Program-made: the position numbers and the translations under genes | Part shown: in pieces, positions 8,274 to 20,600 of the stretch | Layout of the letters: each line of letters begins with the position of its first letter | Numbering within the stretch: position 1 is the stretch's first letter | Source: Candidatus Omnitrophota bacterium | Lineage (GTDB): Bacteria > Omnitrophota > Gorgyraeia > Gygaellales > Profunditerraquicolaceae | Length of the DNA: 64,000 bases | Direction: 5' to 3' | Assembly: GCA_030693145.1 (NCBI GenBank) | Contig: JAUYBI010000071.1 | Location: forward strand, 10,354-74,353 | The notes under the pieces: generated by a model | Database searches by the model: none | What the model was told of the DNA's origin: nothing | Seen by the model: only the letters and a program-made list of their open reading frames with translations

Positions 8274-8358
8274 TGATTTGCCCTGATTCGTTATTTTAAG
8301 GGTTTTTTGGGGGTAGGCTACAGAAAGAAAGCGCTACCAAAATTAGTGCAATTTCTAC

Positions 8359-8388
8359 TTGACAGCGTCTATCCGGGGTGTTATATTT
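8359..8388 (+). promoter_or_regulatory. candidate sigma70-type promoter (TTGACA - 16/18 nt - TTATAT/TATATT) upstream of the giant gene
   Basis: ttgacagcgtctatccggggtgttatatt read directly, about 280 nt upstream of ATG 8669. A weak hairpin plus T-run at 8505-8529 lies in the leader. Confidence 0.35.
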
Positions 8389-8668
8389 GAGTGTAAATAG
8401 AAAAGGTGCAAAAGGTAAACTTAGAGTAATCTAAGGACACAAAGCCACGGATCCTAAAATCAAGAAATAGTGTCAAGGACAGCCGGGTTGCCAGTACCGA
8501 CGAAAGTTGGAGCTGACAACTCATTTTTTATTTAAGAACTTAATAAAAAATTTTAAAAACGTTTTAGTAATCTGTAACCTTATGCAAAGAAGCTTCATTA
8601 AAAAAATGAAAAGTCTTGGGGTAAGGGGAAGTATTTATTTTTTATTTAATACTACAGGTAAGTAAAAA

Positions 8669-11600
8669 ATGAATATAAATCAGCAGCAGACAGAAAACAG
8701 TATTAAGCAACCCAAAGAAGAATTCAAGTCAAGTTTTAAGACTTGGATTCGCGCGGTTGCTTTTATTGTTATTGCGGTATTCCTACCAGAACAGGCAGCC
8801 CAGGCAATGGGCTATGACCCCACCACAATCTGGAATCACTCTTATTTCGTTAACCAGGGCAAAAACGGATTTTTAACTTATCTTGTAGCGGATAATGTCC
8901 AACGCTCCTTGAATTCACTTGCCTATAAACAATTAAATCAGGTTCAACTGGATAAAGATTTAGTAATTGAAACAATGTCCATTCATAACCCTGATGCCAT
9001 TGGAAGTGGACAGGGTGCTCCTGTGTCATCGCAAGGAACTTCCCCTGTGTCATTGCGAGGAGCGGAGCGACGAAGCAATCTTTATGATAAAATCAGCAAT
9101 ATCCTGCAAAGTGTCAGTGCGGGAATTCTTAATTTTGCGGTCAACGGCCTGAATAAAATCTCCTCACCTGGCGCTTATAGCCAGGGATTAATAGATTTCT
9201 TAAGTAGGGCAGGTTTAAACCTGCCCTACTCTGACTCAAACCAAGGAACCGCCTCCAGCCAAAAACCACCGCTCTATATTACCGGTTCAGTGGCAAAACA
9301 AATTAACCTGTGGCTTAAGGATCCCAAGACGCAGGTTGATAACAACTGTGGCATCAACGCGCTGAATGCATTATTTGTCCAATCTGGTATTAAAGTAACT
9401 CGTGAGGAATTGGCAACCCGGGCGATTATGGTTGATTTCCTCTCAGGCAATTTGAGGGAATTAAAAGGTGAACTCGCCTTATCCCTTTTTGCCCTGAATA
9501 AAACCGCCATCTCCTTTGGCCTTAAGACCGCTTTAGTCAAAATTCCCGCTTCGGCATTGAATCAAGGGGACGGTTCTGTTTTTCTAACACCAAACTCAGG
9601 AAAAACAGAACCGTCCCCTTTATTTCCATTCATTACCTATCTTTTATCCGAGCACTTTGTCTTAATAACCCGCATAACTGAAGACAAGGTTTATTACCAA
9701 GAAGACAAAGAAGAAGCCAATATGTCCAAAGAGATCTTCCTCAAAGGCTTTACCGGCAATTGCTTGATTCTTGCCTCATCCCTTTCCTCTCAAAATAGTA
9801 GGGGAGGTTTAAACCTCCCCTACAGTTCAGCGGAGGATTTAGTGGAGAATGGGATTGTCCCTCTTTCCGACCAAGAGGCATTACAAATCAGCGGAAAGGA
9901 AAACAATGATAGCCGCCTGCGTTCTTTAAAAACCGCGGTGGGTTTGGCAGTGGGATTGGTTACCAAGAATCCGGCGCTTGGGTCTACGTTAGCGAATACC
10001 AATTGGACGAGCACAGTATCATCTATTCGATCTACTGTGTCTAATGCCCGCAACATCTACAATTCCGCAGTGAATGTCCAGAACACAGTTAAACGAGCAA
10101 CCGGCTTATCCATAGGAAGCTTCACTTCTCCCTTGAGCAATATTAATATCCAGAGCATTAAATCCACTGCCGGCATAGCCACTGCCGTGCTTACCCGTAA
10201 TCCCCGGGCAGGAATGGCAGTAACTAATAGTAATTGGACCAAGACAATATCTAACGGCCTCTCCGGAATAAAAAATACTCTTTCTGAAAAAGCAACCTGG
10301 GCAATAGACCAGACCACCTTTAGTTCTAAACTGCGTAATGAAAAATACTGGAGCGCGAATAAAATAGCGGATGCTAAAGTGTTCCATTATCAATTTTATG
10401 ATGCGCAAAAGCAAACAGCAATGTTTGGAGGGAATGTCTATACCAAACAGCAATGGGATGCTAAATGGAATGAGAAGGCATCGTTTTTCAGTTCATCCAC
10501 TTTAACCCGTGGACAGGAGAATGACCAAGCGTTCAATGCCCTGGTAATCGCCAATCCCAATGGTGTGATTAGCGGGACAATTACCGGCGTCTTAGGTTAC
10601 GCGGGAACAGCCATAAAGTATTCGCGTTCTTTACCAGCAATTTCTCAATATCTACCAACCGGAGTTAAGGGCTTGATTAGCAACCCAACCGCGAGTGTTG
10701 GACTTAGCCGCGCGGGAGGGATAGCTAATTCTATCGGCTCAAAGGGTTATAATTTTGCCAAATGGACACTACAGATGGAGCGGGGCGGTGGAAGCTTAGC
10801 TAAAAATATTTGGCTGACATCATTAAAATATACCACAATAACCGGGCCTATCTATATTGGTATTCCTACGCAGGGCATCTCTTCTGTTTTATACGCTAAT
10901 GGTTATAACAAAGCCGGAGATATAGTATCTGGCCCAAACAGATTTGCAGAAAGGACAATAATTTCTGGCCATGATGTAGTGGGCGGTATCTTAGGTTGGT
11001 CGAATAGAAACATATTCCGCACCAGTATTGGAGATAATCTCTGGAATGAGCAGTATGGCAAACTCGGAAAACTGACTACTGCTTGGAATAAATTTGATAA
11101 AAATAATGAAATTTATTGGAGAGGAACTGTGGGAGACAAGAATTATGAATACCTTGTTAAACCCGTTACTCAAACCGCAGCTATAGCAATAGGAACTTTA
11201 GGAGCAGGCGCATTATACGGAGGTTCTGCTACGGTTCTTTCTCTAAGTTCAAATGCCTTGAGATGGCTTCCTATAGCTGTACCCGCTAATATAGGGCTAA
11301 ATACTGCATCTAAATATTCGTCAACAGGACAAGCTCCAACAATTCATGAAGGAGCCTCTTGGGGCATAGAAGGTGTAGGCGATGCATTTGTATTTGGCAC
11401 ATTACAGAGAGCATATACAGGAAGCAAAATAGCAGTTAATGCTTATCGGCTGGATAGAGTAATCTCTAAGCAGAAGTATTATACACCTATATACACGAGC
11501 TTCACAAATGGAAGAATAGTAACCGCCATAGATTTAGGTAAATTCGGATATAAAGACATCGCTAAGCTCTATCTGTTTAAAGCCGGCCAGTGGCTGCCAA

Positions 11601-14600
11601 AGACAATCAACAGTTTAACCCAGTCAATTTCTTCGCGCATACCAGAAGTGCCTTTGCCAAAATTCTTTAGAGATACCAATGCAAGTTTTAACCTTGGCCA
11701 CGCCGGCCGCGTTGGAGAAATAGCCAGCCGTATTTGGCATGGAATAAAAGGGGGAACAAAAGATGCTTTTGGGGCGCCTTTTAGACTGCATAGGGTAGTA
11801 AAGTTTGATTCAGCCGCAACTGCGCGATGGTCTCAAGCTTCTAACTTAGGTAAAGCTGGAATATTAGCTCGGACAGTAGCTTGGGATGGTCCGGTTTTTC
11901 TGGGAAAATCTCTGGCAATTGAAGTTGTGCCGAGAGCGGGATTTTACCTTGGTACAGCAGGGACAATTGATGCCCTTTTCATTTTTAATGAGAATGAATT
12001 AAAGAAAGAAAATGCTTTTCATCCTCTTAGCCTTGAGAATCCTTTGGGATTAAGGGCAACCGGTTTAAATATGGGGCTAAGACTTAAAGCCGGCGGCTAT
12101 GCTGTTTTAGGAAATTTAGATAAGGCCAAACATACCAATGATTTAGCTGATACAGTGTCGCAAGTTTCAGCAGGGGGCTATTCTGGAGCTATAGCTTATC
12201 AGCTTACCTACCCTGACTATAAACCATTTCTGGCAGAGTCTATATTAAGAACAGGCCTTGCTATTCCTTTTCAAATAATAGCAACTATCGAAGGATTTGC
12301 CGGTTTTCCTTATCGTGTTGCTTTTACCGCACCTTATTATACGAGAAGTGGATGGAATACAGGAGGAGTTATAGGAGGTGTAAAAGGATTTGTTCAGGGA
12401 GGAATAGCTTCACCTGCCTGGGGTATGTTCGGCTTTATTACTTCTATACCTGAATCAGGTGTAAATGTAGTTGATAGTATAGCTGGTAGCGCAGCTAATG
12501 CAGTGGGAATAAAAGAAAAAATTTGGGGTCAACGTACGCCGGGAAAATTAGTTAAAAGTGGCGCTATTTTAAACTACCTCGCATCTGGTATTGAAAAATA
12601 CGATTCTTTTAAGGGGTTTAAGAATTTTGTTGAACCGGAAGGTCATGCTCTCATTCGGGATACAGAAGGTCAATATCTAGGAGCAGATTACTTTTTTGCT
12701 AATGTTTGGATGATGGGAGGCCTTAGGCAGAGCATGGGTTTAAAACGCCCAGAGGCAAAAGGTGCCTCATCCAAAGCTCGCTTGCCCGATACTGCGATTA
12801 TAACCGCTTACCAGAGAATGACAGGTGCCGTGCTTTCTCCGATGCATATAGTTACAGGCCCTGTATTCGGGTTTAGGAATTTAATCGTAGATAAGACTCT
12901 AGGAAAATCAAGTTTTTTGGTTACAAAAGGATGGGTTTCGCCCGCGCAGGACATAAGTATTCCTTCCAGAATAGATGGGTATTTTAAACAAATAGGCGCA
13001 GGATTAACTGGATGGACTCTTATTCCCCTTGATTTATCAAAGATAGTAGGAGCTGAGAAAAAAGTTCTTCCGCTATACCTCAAAGCAGCCAATAACAAAT
13101 ATATTTCCTATATTTATCCCAAAGCCCAGCTTATCTCCATGGTTTATTTCTTCCCAGAAGCGGTTAAAGATTATTCACAATTAAGGAATTTAGGAGCAAG
13201 GCCCGACCAAATTTTAAGAATGCGAGATAAGAAGGTACTAGGAGGTAAAGTGCAGGGTATTGAAATATCTCCGCAAATAAAAATAATTGCAAGCTCTGAA
13301 GAAAGGTTAGCTGCTCGTTTGAAGATAGAAGCCAAAGACACCATAGGGAGCGATTGGAGGTCAGTCAAAACTTTTTCTGACGCAGTTCTTATTCAGGAAG
13401 CTTCGAGAAACTTAGGAAGTGGGGATGTTTTGTCTCAACTCGCTAAGTTAGGGATTGGGATGCGGTCTTTTACTAGAGGTAATTCTCAAATATTAAGAGA
13501 TTACTTCACAAATATAGATACTAATACGCCTTCTCTTTCTGAAAGAATTAAAGCCCGCTATGAAATGGGCTTACCTTCAGAAAAATCTTTAGTAAATGAA
13601 TATTTGGCTTTTAAAGAGCAGGCAACAGAACAGGATATACAACATAAGATAGATGCAGGAAAGATAAAACAGGAAGATGCTGGCTGGATTAAACAACAAA
13701 AAATGCTTTACGCAAAATCTTGGGTAGATTCAGTAACTCCCAAAGATATAATGAATTTTGAGGATGAACTTTATAATTATTATAGAAACGATTACAAAAG
13801 AATAGATAAGAAAGGAAAGGGGCTTAGCGATTCTTTGTCTAAAAGTTTAGCCAAGAATTTTGTGTTACCTACAAAAAATAACCGTGAACTGGTAAATTCT
13901 TATCATACTGATTTCTCAGAAATTATTGCAGCAGAAAATAAAGTTCTAAAAGATATCAGATGGGATTTTCACAATAACAAGTTTAAACCTAAAAATCTTA
14001 AAGCAAAAGGAATAGCAGATCAGTTAAATAGCAATAATGAATTCCTTTCCTTATTTGCAGAACACATTGGGAATATAAAAAGTGAGCAAGGAAAGAAGTT
14101 TAGTGCAGGTAAATTAGATGCCCAGATATACAAGTCTTTAGAAACTATTAAACAACCCAATAAACTATTGGGTGCACCTACAGGTGCCGGGAAAAGTACT
14201 GTAATAATACCTGTTCCTTTAATGCTTCTGGCTACAAGGTCTATAAATTCTTTAGCACTTCATCCCGATTCTGAAAAAACTTTAAATGCCTTTAATGATT
14301 TTGCTAAATATCACAAAGCTCCAATCAATGAGAATAAACAAGCCGGATTTAAGTGGTTTAAAATTGGTAATAAAAAAGTACTCCTTTTAGATTTAAATGG
14401 TCAAGGGCACTATGGTATCCGGTTAGATTACACCGGCATTCGAGAATTACAAAAATACATTAGGGATGCAAATATTGTCTATACAGATGTGCACACTATG
14501 CAGTCCATAAGAATGAACTCTTTATTAGAAGGCAGGTTTGCAAAAAAAGAAGCATTTTCTTACGAAAAAATATACAATTATCTTTCTAAAGATCGTTGGT

Positions 14601-17600
14601 TATTTGGAGATGAAATTCATCAGATTGCACAATCGCCACATTTAATAATGGGGATAAAAGGAGAACCGATAAAAGCTGATTTTTTAAATAGGATTGGAAC
14701 AGAGTTTGATGGGTTTTCCGGATGGTTAAAGAAAAAAGCAGCGCTCAGTGGCGAAGTCAAGGATTATAAAGATTTTGGTAATTGGTTGATAAAAGAGCAT
14801 TTCATTAGAAAAGTTGGCAATCAAGGATATTTAGAGCAAAAACTTGTAAAAGAATTTATAGAATATAAAGAGAACAAAATTGACATAAATAAATTCCGCG
14901 ATATTGAGAATAAAGAATATAAAGATTATCGGCTAATGCTTAATGCTTTTGCAGATGCCTGGGGAATGGTTAAAGAACAACAAGGAGGATATGGTTGGTC
15001 AGGAGATAAACCTTTGGAATTAGAATTCAGAGGCAAGCCAGTGCCTATTCATGAAGGTAAGCTAGCTGCACAGATGTATTGGAGTTTAGAAAACATTGTT
15101 ATTGCGCGTTGGATTGCTGCAGCACGAATGGAAGGATTTAAGGGGAGTGTAGATAAAATTATGTTCAATGAGAAGGGGGAATCTCGTATAAGTGCAAGCC
15201 CCGAGTCCCTAAGAGTTACACCTATGAGTATAGTAAAAGATTTTAATTATAAATCTTTCCTTTCTGCTACTCCCGAGTGGGCAGGGCCTATTTCTCGGTT
15301 TATGGGCGTAGGGGTAGAAAGAAGGAATACGCTTATGAGTGAAATAAAGAATTACTTAAAGAGAGAAACGCCGAAAGATCAATTTCAGTATCAATTTAAA
15401 CTAGAACATGTAGGATATTTTAAAGATTTTAAGAAAGGATTAGAACAATTTAGCTATGACGGTCCAATTGTTATTAAGCCCGCCTTTACATACCACAAAG
15501 ATAAAATAGCAGAGATGGTTGTTGGTTATGCAGAACGTACAAATAAAGTCCTGTTTGTTATGAAGGACGGTGGTTTTGAAGTATACCGTAATGGTATTCG
15601 TGACAGTATGATAGTTGACAAAGAAACAGTGAAAAAAAAATTATCCGAAGGAGAAAATATAGCGGTTTTATTCGACCGCCCTAATTTAGTAGGGTATAAC
15701 TTAGATTTTGGGAATAAAGGGGACATCCCTGCAAGTCGGCTTAGTAAAGATCCTAAATATATTACTGTCATTGATTCGGATACTACTGCTACTGAGTTTA
15801 GGCATACATTGGGAAGAAACCGTGGAAAATTCACAGAAAATGTTTGGGTTCTTGATAGGGAAGGGAAGATAAATGATGTAGATAAATTGATAAAACAACT
15901 TGAGAAAAATGAAAATAAGGCATTGGTCGATGCTTTTTATCAAGCATTTAATAATGTTGCTCATCAAGGGATGATTTCCCGGTTTGACTTGCTAAGGAAA
16001 TTCTCATTGAATGATTTAGATTACAATATAGTAAAAGATTTTCAAACAGAATTTCAAAGTAGGAACAAGATGGATGACGATATCAGCCCGCGTAGTGATA
16101 TGGATTTGGCTACCGCTATCGATCGTTCAGCAAAGAAAGAAGCCAAAGATTTTGTAGAAGTAGCTCAAAAGTTTAAAGGTAAGCTCAATCCTGCGCAAAA
16201 AAATTATGTAGAAAACTGGATAAAAGAAACCGAAAAGATAAGTAAACAAGGAATAGAATTTAAGGGTAACGATGTGAATAGAGACGGAGAGAGGTTAGCC
16301 AGAGAGATTGGCTGGGCAAGATTGGATTTTAGCGAAGCTACAAAAGTTTTTAGCGAAACTTATAAACGTAAGGAACTCGCAGAAAAAAGAATATCCCTTA
16401 TGTCTTCTTTAGCTATTCCGCGAGAAATTAATTGGGTAGGAATAGCTAAAGAAGGAATGACGAAAGATAATTTCCAAAAAGGCCTTACAGCAGAGATAGA
16501 GAAAACAGGCCTTTCACATAAATACTCTGAAGGTTATAGCAAAGATTTAGTTTCTTCAATGCCCCAAGACGTATTTAAAGGCAGGTTCACATATTTAAAG
16601 AGTCCAGCCATTACTGCTGGAGGAATTGGGTTCTTAAATATACTTACACAGCTTTCTTCTTCAAATGAGGATGAGATAGAAAAAATTAAAAATATACTCC
16701 TAAGTCTATTTGATTTTAACAAGGCACAGGAGTTTGCTCTTAATTTAAGAGGAATTTCTACTGATTCTGCACTTTATCCATTTTATTTGGGATTCTTGGT
16801 TTCTTCGTTAAACATTCATAGTAGAGAAGAATTAAGTAGTGTCATAAAGACGAGAGAAGCTTATCTTAAAAATGTATTCAATGGGCTCCCAGATAATGGA
16901 ATAAAAAAATATTTAAGTGACCGAAATTTGATACATTTTGGAATTCCAACTTTTGACGGTTATTCTTTTATCAATAATTTCCGCTATTCGCAAAATATTG
17001 TTCGGAACAGAGGGTTAGAAGAAGCAACAGTTATAAGAAATTTTGCGTTTCCCAAAGCAGCTATTCAACAAAATAAAGGGTTTCATGAAGACACAAGTTT
17101 TGAAATTGCAAAACTTCTTCATAAATATGATATTACTTTACCCCAACTTTACGGTGTCGCTAAGTCAAGTATGGCCTTAGTGGTGCAAAGAAAGGTTACT
17201 CAGCTCCCCAAGTTAAAAACAGTTAGCAGGATACGCGAAGGTTTAGATTTTATGAATTGGTTAAAACAAGAAGTTGTTCCTGATACAGAACTTCATTCTT
17301 GGCTGTCTAAAAAAACAGAAATACTTAGTAAGGCGAATAATAAATTAGAAGATAAATTGAATAAGGTGTATGGACGAAGCGGCGCAGCTAGGTATTTATT
17401 AAGAGGTATAGATAATTATCGCATTAGGAAAGAAATTTATAACTATAATAAATTAACCACATCTACCGATTTGGAAAAATTAGAAGAACTAATTGGAATT
17501 GATTCTAAGGCCTCCGTTAGTATTTTTAATCCCAAATTGTCTTTTAAGGAAATTGAAGATTCCGTAGCAACCATAAAAGGCTTATCCTTGTTGGGGAATA

Positions 17601-20600
17601 AAGTGCCTTTGGGTAAAGTTACTCTTTCTGAAATATATCAGAATTACGATATCGCTAAGCTTAATGGATTATCGACGATTAAAAATATTCCTCAGATTGG
17701 ACTTTTAGCTGATTATGACTTTGATAATTTACCTATGGATATTTCGGATACTTTAGCGAAATCTGCGCCGATTATTTTACCCAAAACAATCACTCAGGGG
17801 ATAATTAATAATCTTGGGTTATCTGAAAATGAAGCTAAGTTAGTCTTAGGGGGAAGCAGGCCATTAATCGTAGTAAAAAATCAGGATAAATTTACTATTT
17901 TTGAAGCAGGCGGCATCAAAAGAGAAAACATAGATAACGCCGATTTATTTGATCTTGTAAAACCTATTACAACGAATGAATTTCTCAGCCAAGGCATGGA
18001 AAAGAAATTTGTTCAAACCTATACCGATTTAATACCAGAGGTGGAGTATAGAGAAGATTTAGGATATACAGAAAAAATGGGTAAAAAGTTATTTGATAAA
18101 GCGATTAAAGATATGCATTTGTCTGATATTTACAAATTCTATGCAGATACAAAGGATATTTCTACCCTAAAGACAGAAGAAGTGATTTTTAAACAATTTG
18201 GAAGAGAAATAAGAAGAAATTTTGGTTTCAATCCTGATATTTGGACAATAAAAATGGCATTAGATAAAAAACAAACAGGTTGCGTTACCGATACGCAATT
18301 TGCGGCTTTATTGGCAAATACAGTTAATATGCCCGTAGAGTATCAGAGAATAGAGGGCTTATCCAGGCCGCATTTCGTACCCATTATAAAATTTGCTGAC
18401 GGCAACAAAAAAATAGTAGATTTTACACCTTATTTAGATGAAACAAAAGTTTCATTTATCAGCAAGCCCATAGATATAGAAAATGATTTTGAAAGATTAT
18501 CCGGCAGTTTTAATCAATACCGGCTCAAATTAGGAATAGATACGGCAGATAGCTACTTAGATGCCCAAAGAGAGTTAAGAAATTTGCCTAATACCGGCCT
18601 TACTGCCGCTATCTATGGAAATATGGGAATGCATGATGATAATTTAAAACATTTATTTAAAGCTCTTGAATACGACCCCCAGTATCATCAAATTAAAGAT
18701 AAATTAGAAAGAGAAGGATTTATTATTCCTGTTGAATATAATGGTAACCAATATCTAATCGACAAAGAAATCGCTTCTAATGAAGTATTAAAGAAACAAC
18801 TTGCGCAGATTCCTTTACCTGAACGCAACATAATCTTAGACAAAAATAGCCTGATAGGAAATAACGGTAATAGTATTACAGAGGGTGTGGTGCGTAAAGG
18901 TGGAGTTCTTTACCTTAATTCAAAGATTTTAACTGATGATAATAAAGAAATTTTATTTCAAGCTTTAGAGTATGGTCTTAACGGAATAAATCCTGAGAAG
19001 GGCGTTGTCCATATTCTTAAAGCAGCCAAAGTTACTAAGCTGAAAGATAATGGCATTGGTTCCGGTGTTCCTTCTTTAGAAAGAATGTTTACATACTTTA
19101 AAGATAACGGTCACGGTCTCTCTGAAGAAGTAATTAACGATGCGGCGATATTTATCGGAGAAAAGCTAAAATCCGAGGAAATAGAAGCAATAATTAATGC
19201 TTGGCCAACTGACGGCGGCAAAGGGGTGGTGGATAGAAGCAGAGTAGAAGAAGCAGCTAAGTTTTTAGCTGGCCGGATTGCAGACTATGGATTAGGATTA
19301 CTGGCGCAACGGGCTGTAGAGGAAGCAATGGCCGATGCGAAAAAATTATTATATTCTGAGAATGAGATAAAGGAAGCGTTAGAATATTTGAATGCTCAAA
19401 AGGAAGCGGTTGAGAATATGTTTGTCTTGAATAATAAGCTTCGGGAGGAGTTTAATACTCTCGATCTAAAAGATTACGCTAAATTATTAGAACAACATAA
19501 GCAGCTGCAAAGAGAAGTTAATCCGGGGATGGAAAATATCATAAAAATCAAGATCGAAGCCGCGATATTAGATGAAATAATGAAACTTCTGGCGGCCCCA
19601 ATTGAGCAGGTTGCATTGATAGCCGGTAAAGCAGAGAATTCTGTTTTTTACGCAGATGAGCTTATAAAAGTTAGTACAACGCAGGCAAGGAATACAGGTT
19701 ATTCAATTTCAGGAAAAGAAGAGGATGCGCTTATTTCGCGCATTGTTGATTTGCGGAATGAAGAAAGAAATTATATTTTATTACATAACCATCCATTTGG
19801 CGTAGATGTGGAAAATTCAGGTTCGGATAAAGAGCAGATAGAAAATTTCGCGGCATTTATAAGCGTTATAGGAAACAATAAAGCGCCTCTATCTTGGCTT
19901 GCGGCTCAACGTTTGGATAAGGAAGGCAATTGGGAATACATTCCGTTTACTATAACAGATAATGGTAGGCCAATGCCGCTTGAAGCAGTAGAAAAGCGGT
20001 TTGGTAAGGCAATTAGCTATTATCCCGGATTGATTGAACATTTCACTAGTCATATTGTGGCTGGTAAATTAAGCAAATTGATAATAGATAAAGCTAATCA
20101 GCCGGCAGAAACGGATTCTGGCGAGCCTGTACGTGGGCAATCTCCAGCGCTTCCTCCTATTACACCAAACATACCTATGTCACCGTCTTTACGAGATGGC
20201 GGGGCGCAGCGGGTTCCGTTTGGCTTATTTAATAATAAAATAACTACCATATTGCCACAATTGGCGGCTCGGATTGGTGAACTTCCTGGTATTACTTTGA
20301 GCAAATGTTATGGCAGCGTTAATCCCAGGGGCCCGCCTGCTGGTTCCACGACTGACTCTTTAGTTGTAAATGTAAGTAGTGTAGCAAGTGTAGTAAGAAA
20401 CGCAGTTGGTTTAGTTGGAAAACTGTCAGGTGCCCAGAGTGTTGACTCCAGAAATGGAGCAAGAGGGCAGGATGCAGAAGGTGCGTCCAACAGTAATATA
20501 GGTAAGAGAAGTGGAGTAAGTTCAATAGGAACCAATGGTGAGGCAAAAGGTGCCGAAACCCGAGGTTCTATTCGTGCGTATGGCTTCCGCAATAAGATTA

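Larger units (their letters stand above)
8810..9760 (+). other. C39-like / papain-fold cysteine peptidase-like domain interrupted by in-frame repeat elements
   Basis: Motif KTQVDNNCGINALNALFVQSGIKVTREELAT (9310-9410) parallels the C39 pattern Q..DCG.A.LAM....G......L.EL. Confidence 0.4.

Noticed and set aside
8967-9152. Listed + ORF (61 aa, ...CHCEERSDEAI...) inside the start of the giant gene
   Set aside because: It is the off-frame reading of the interspersed repeat family C element (the common SLRGAERRSNL / CHCEERSDEAI repeat artefact). It is not a gene.
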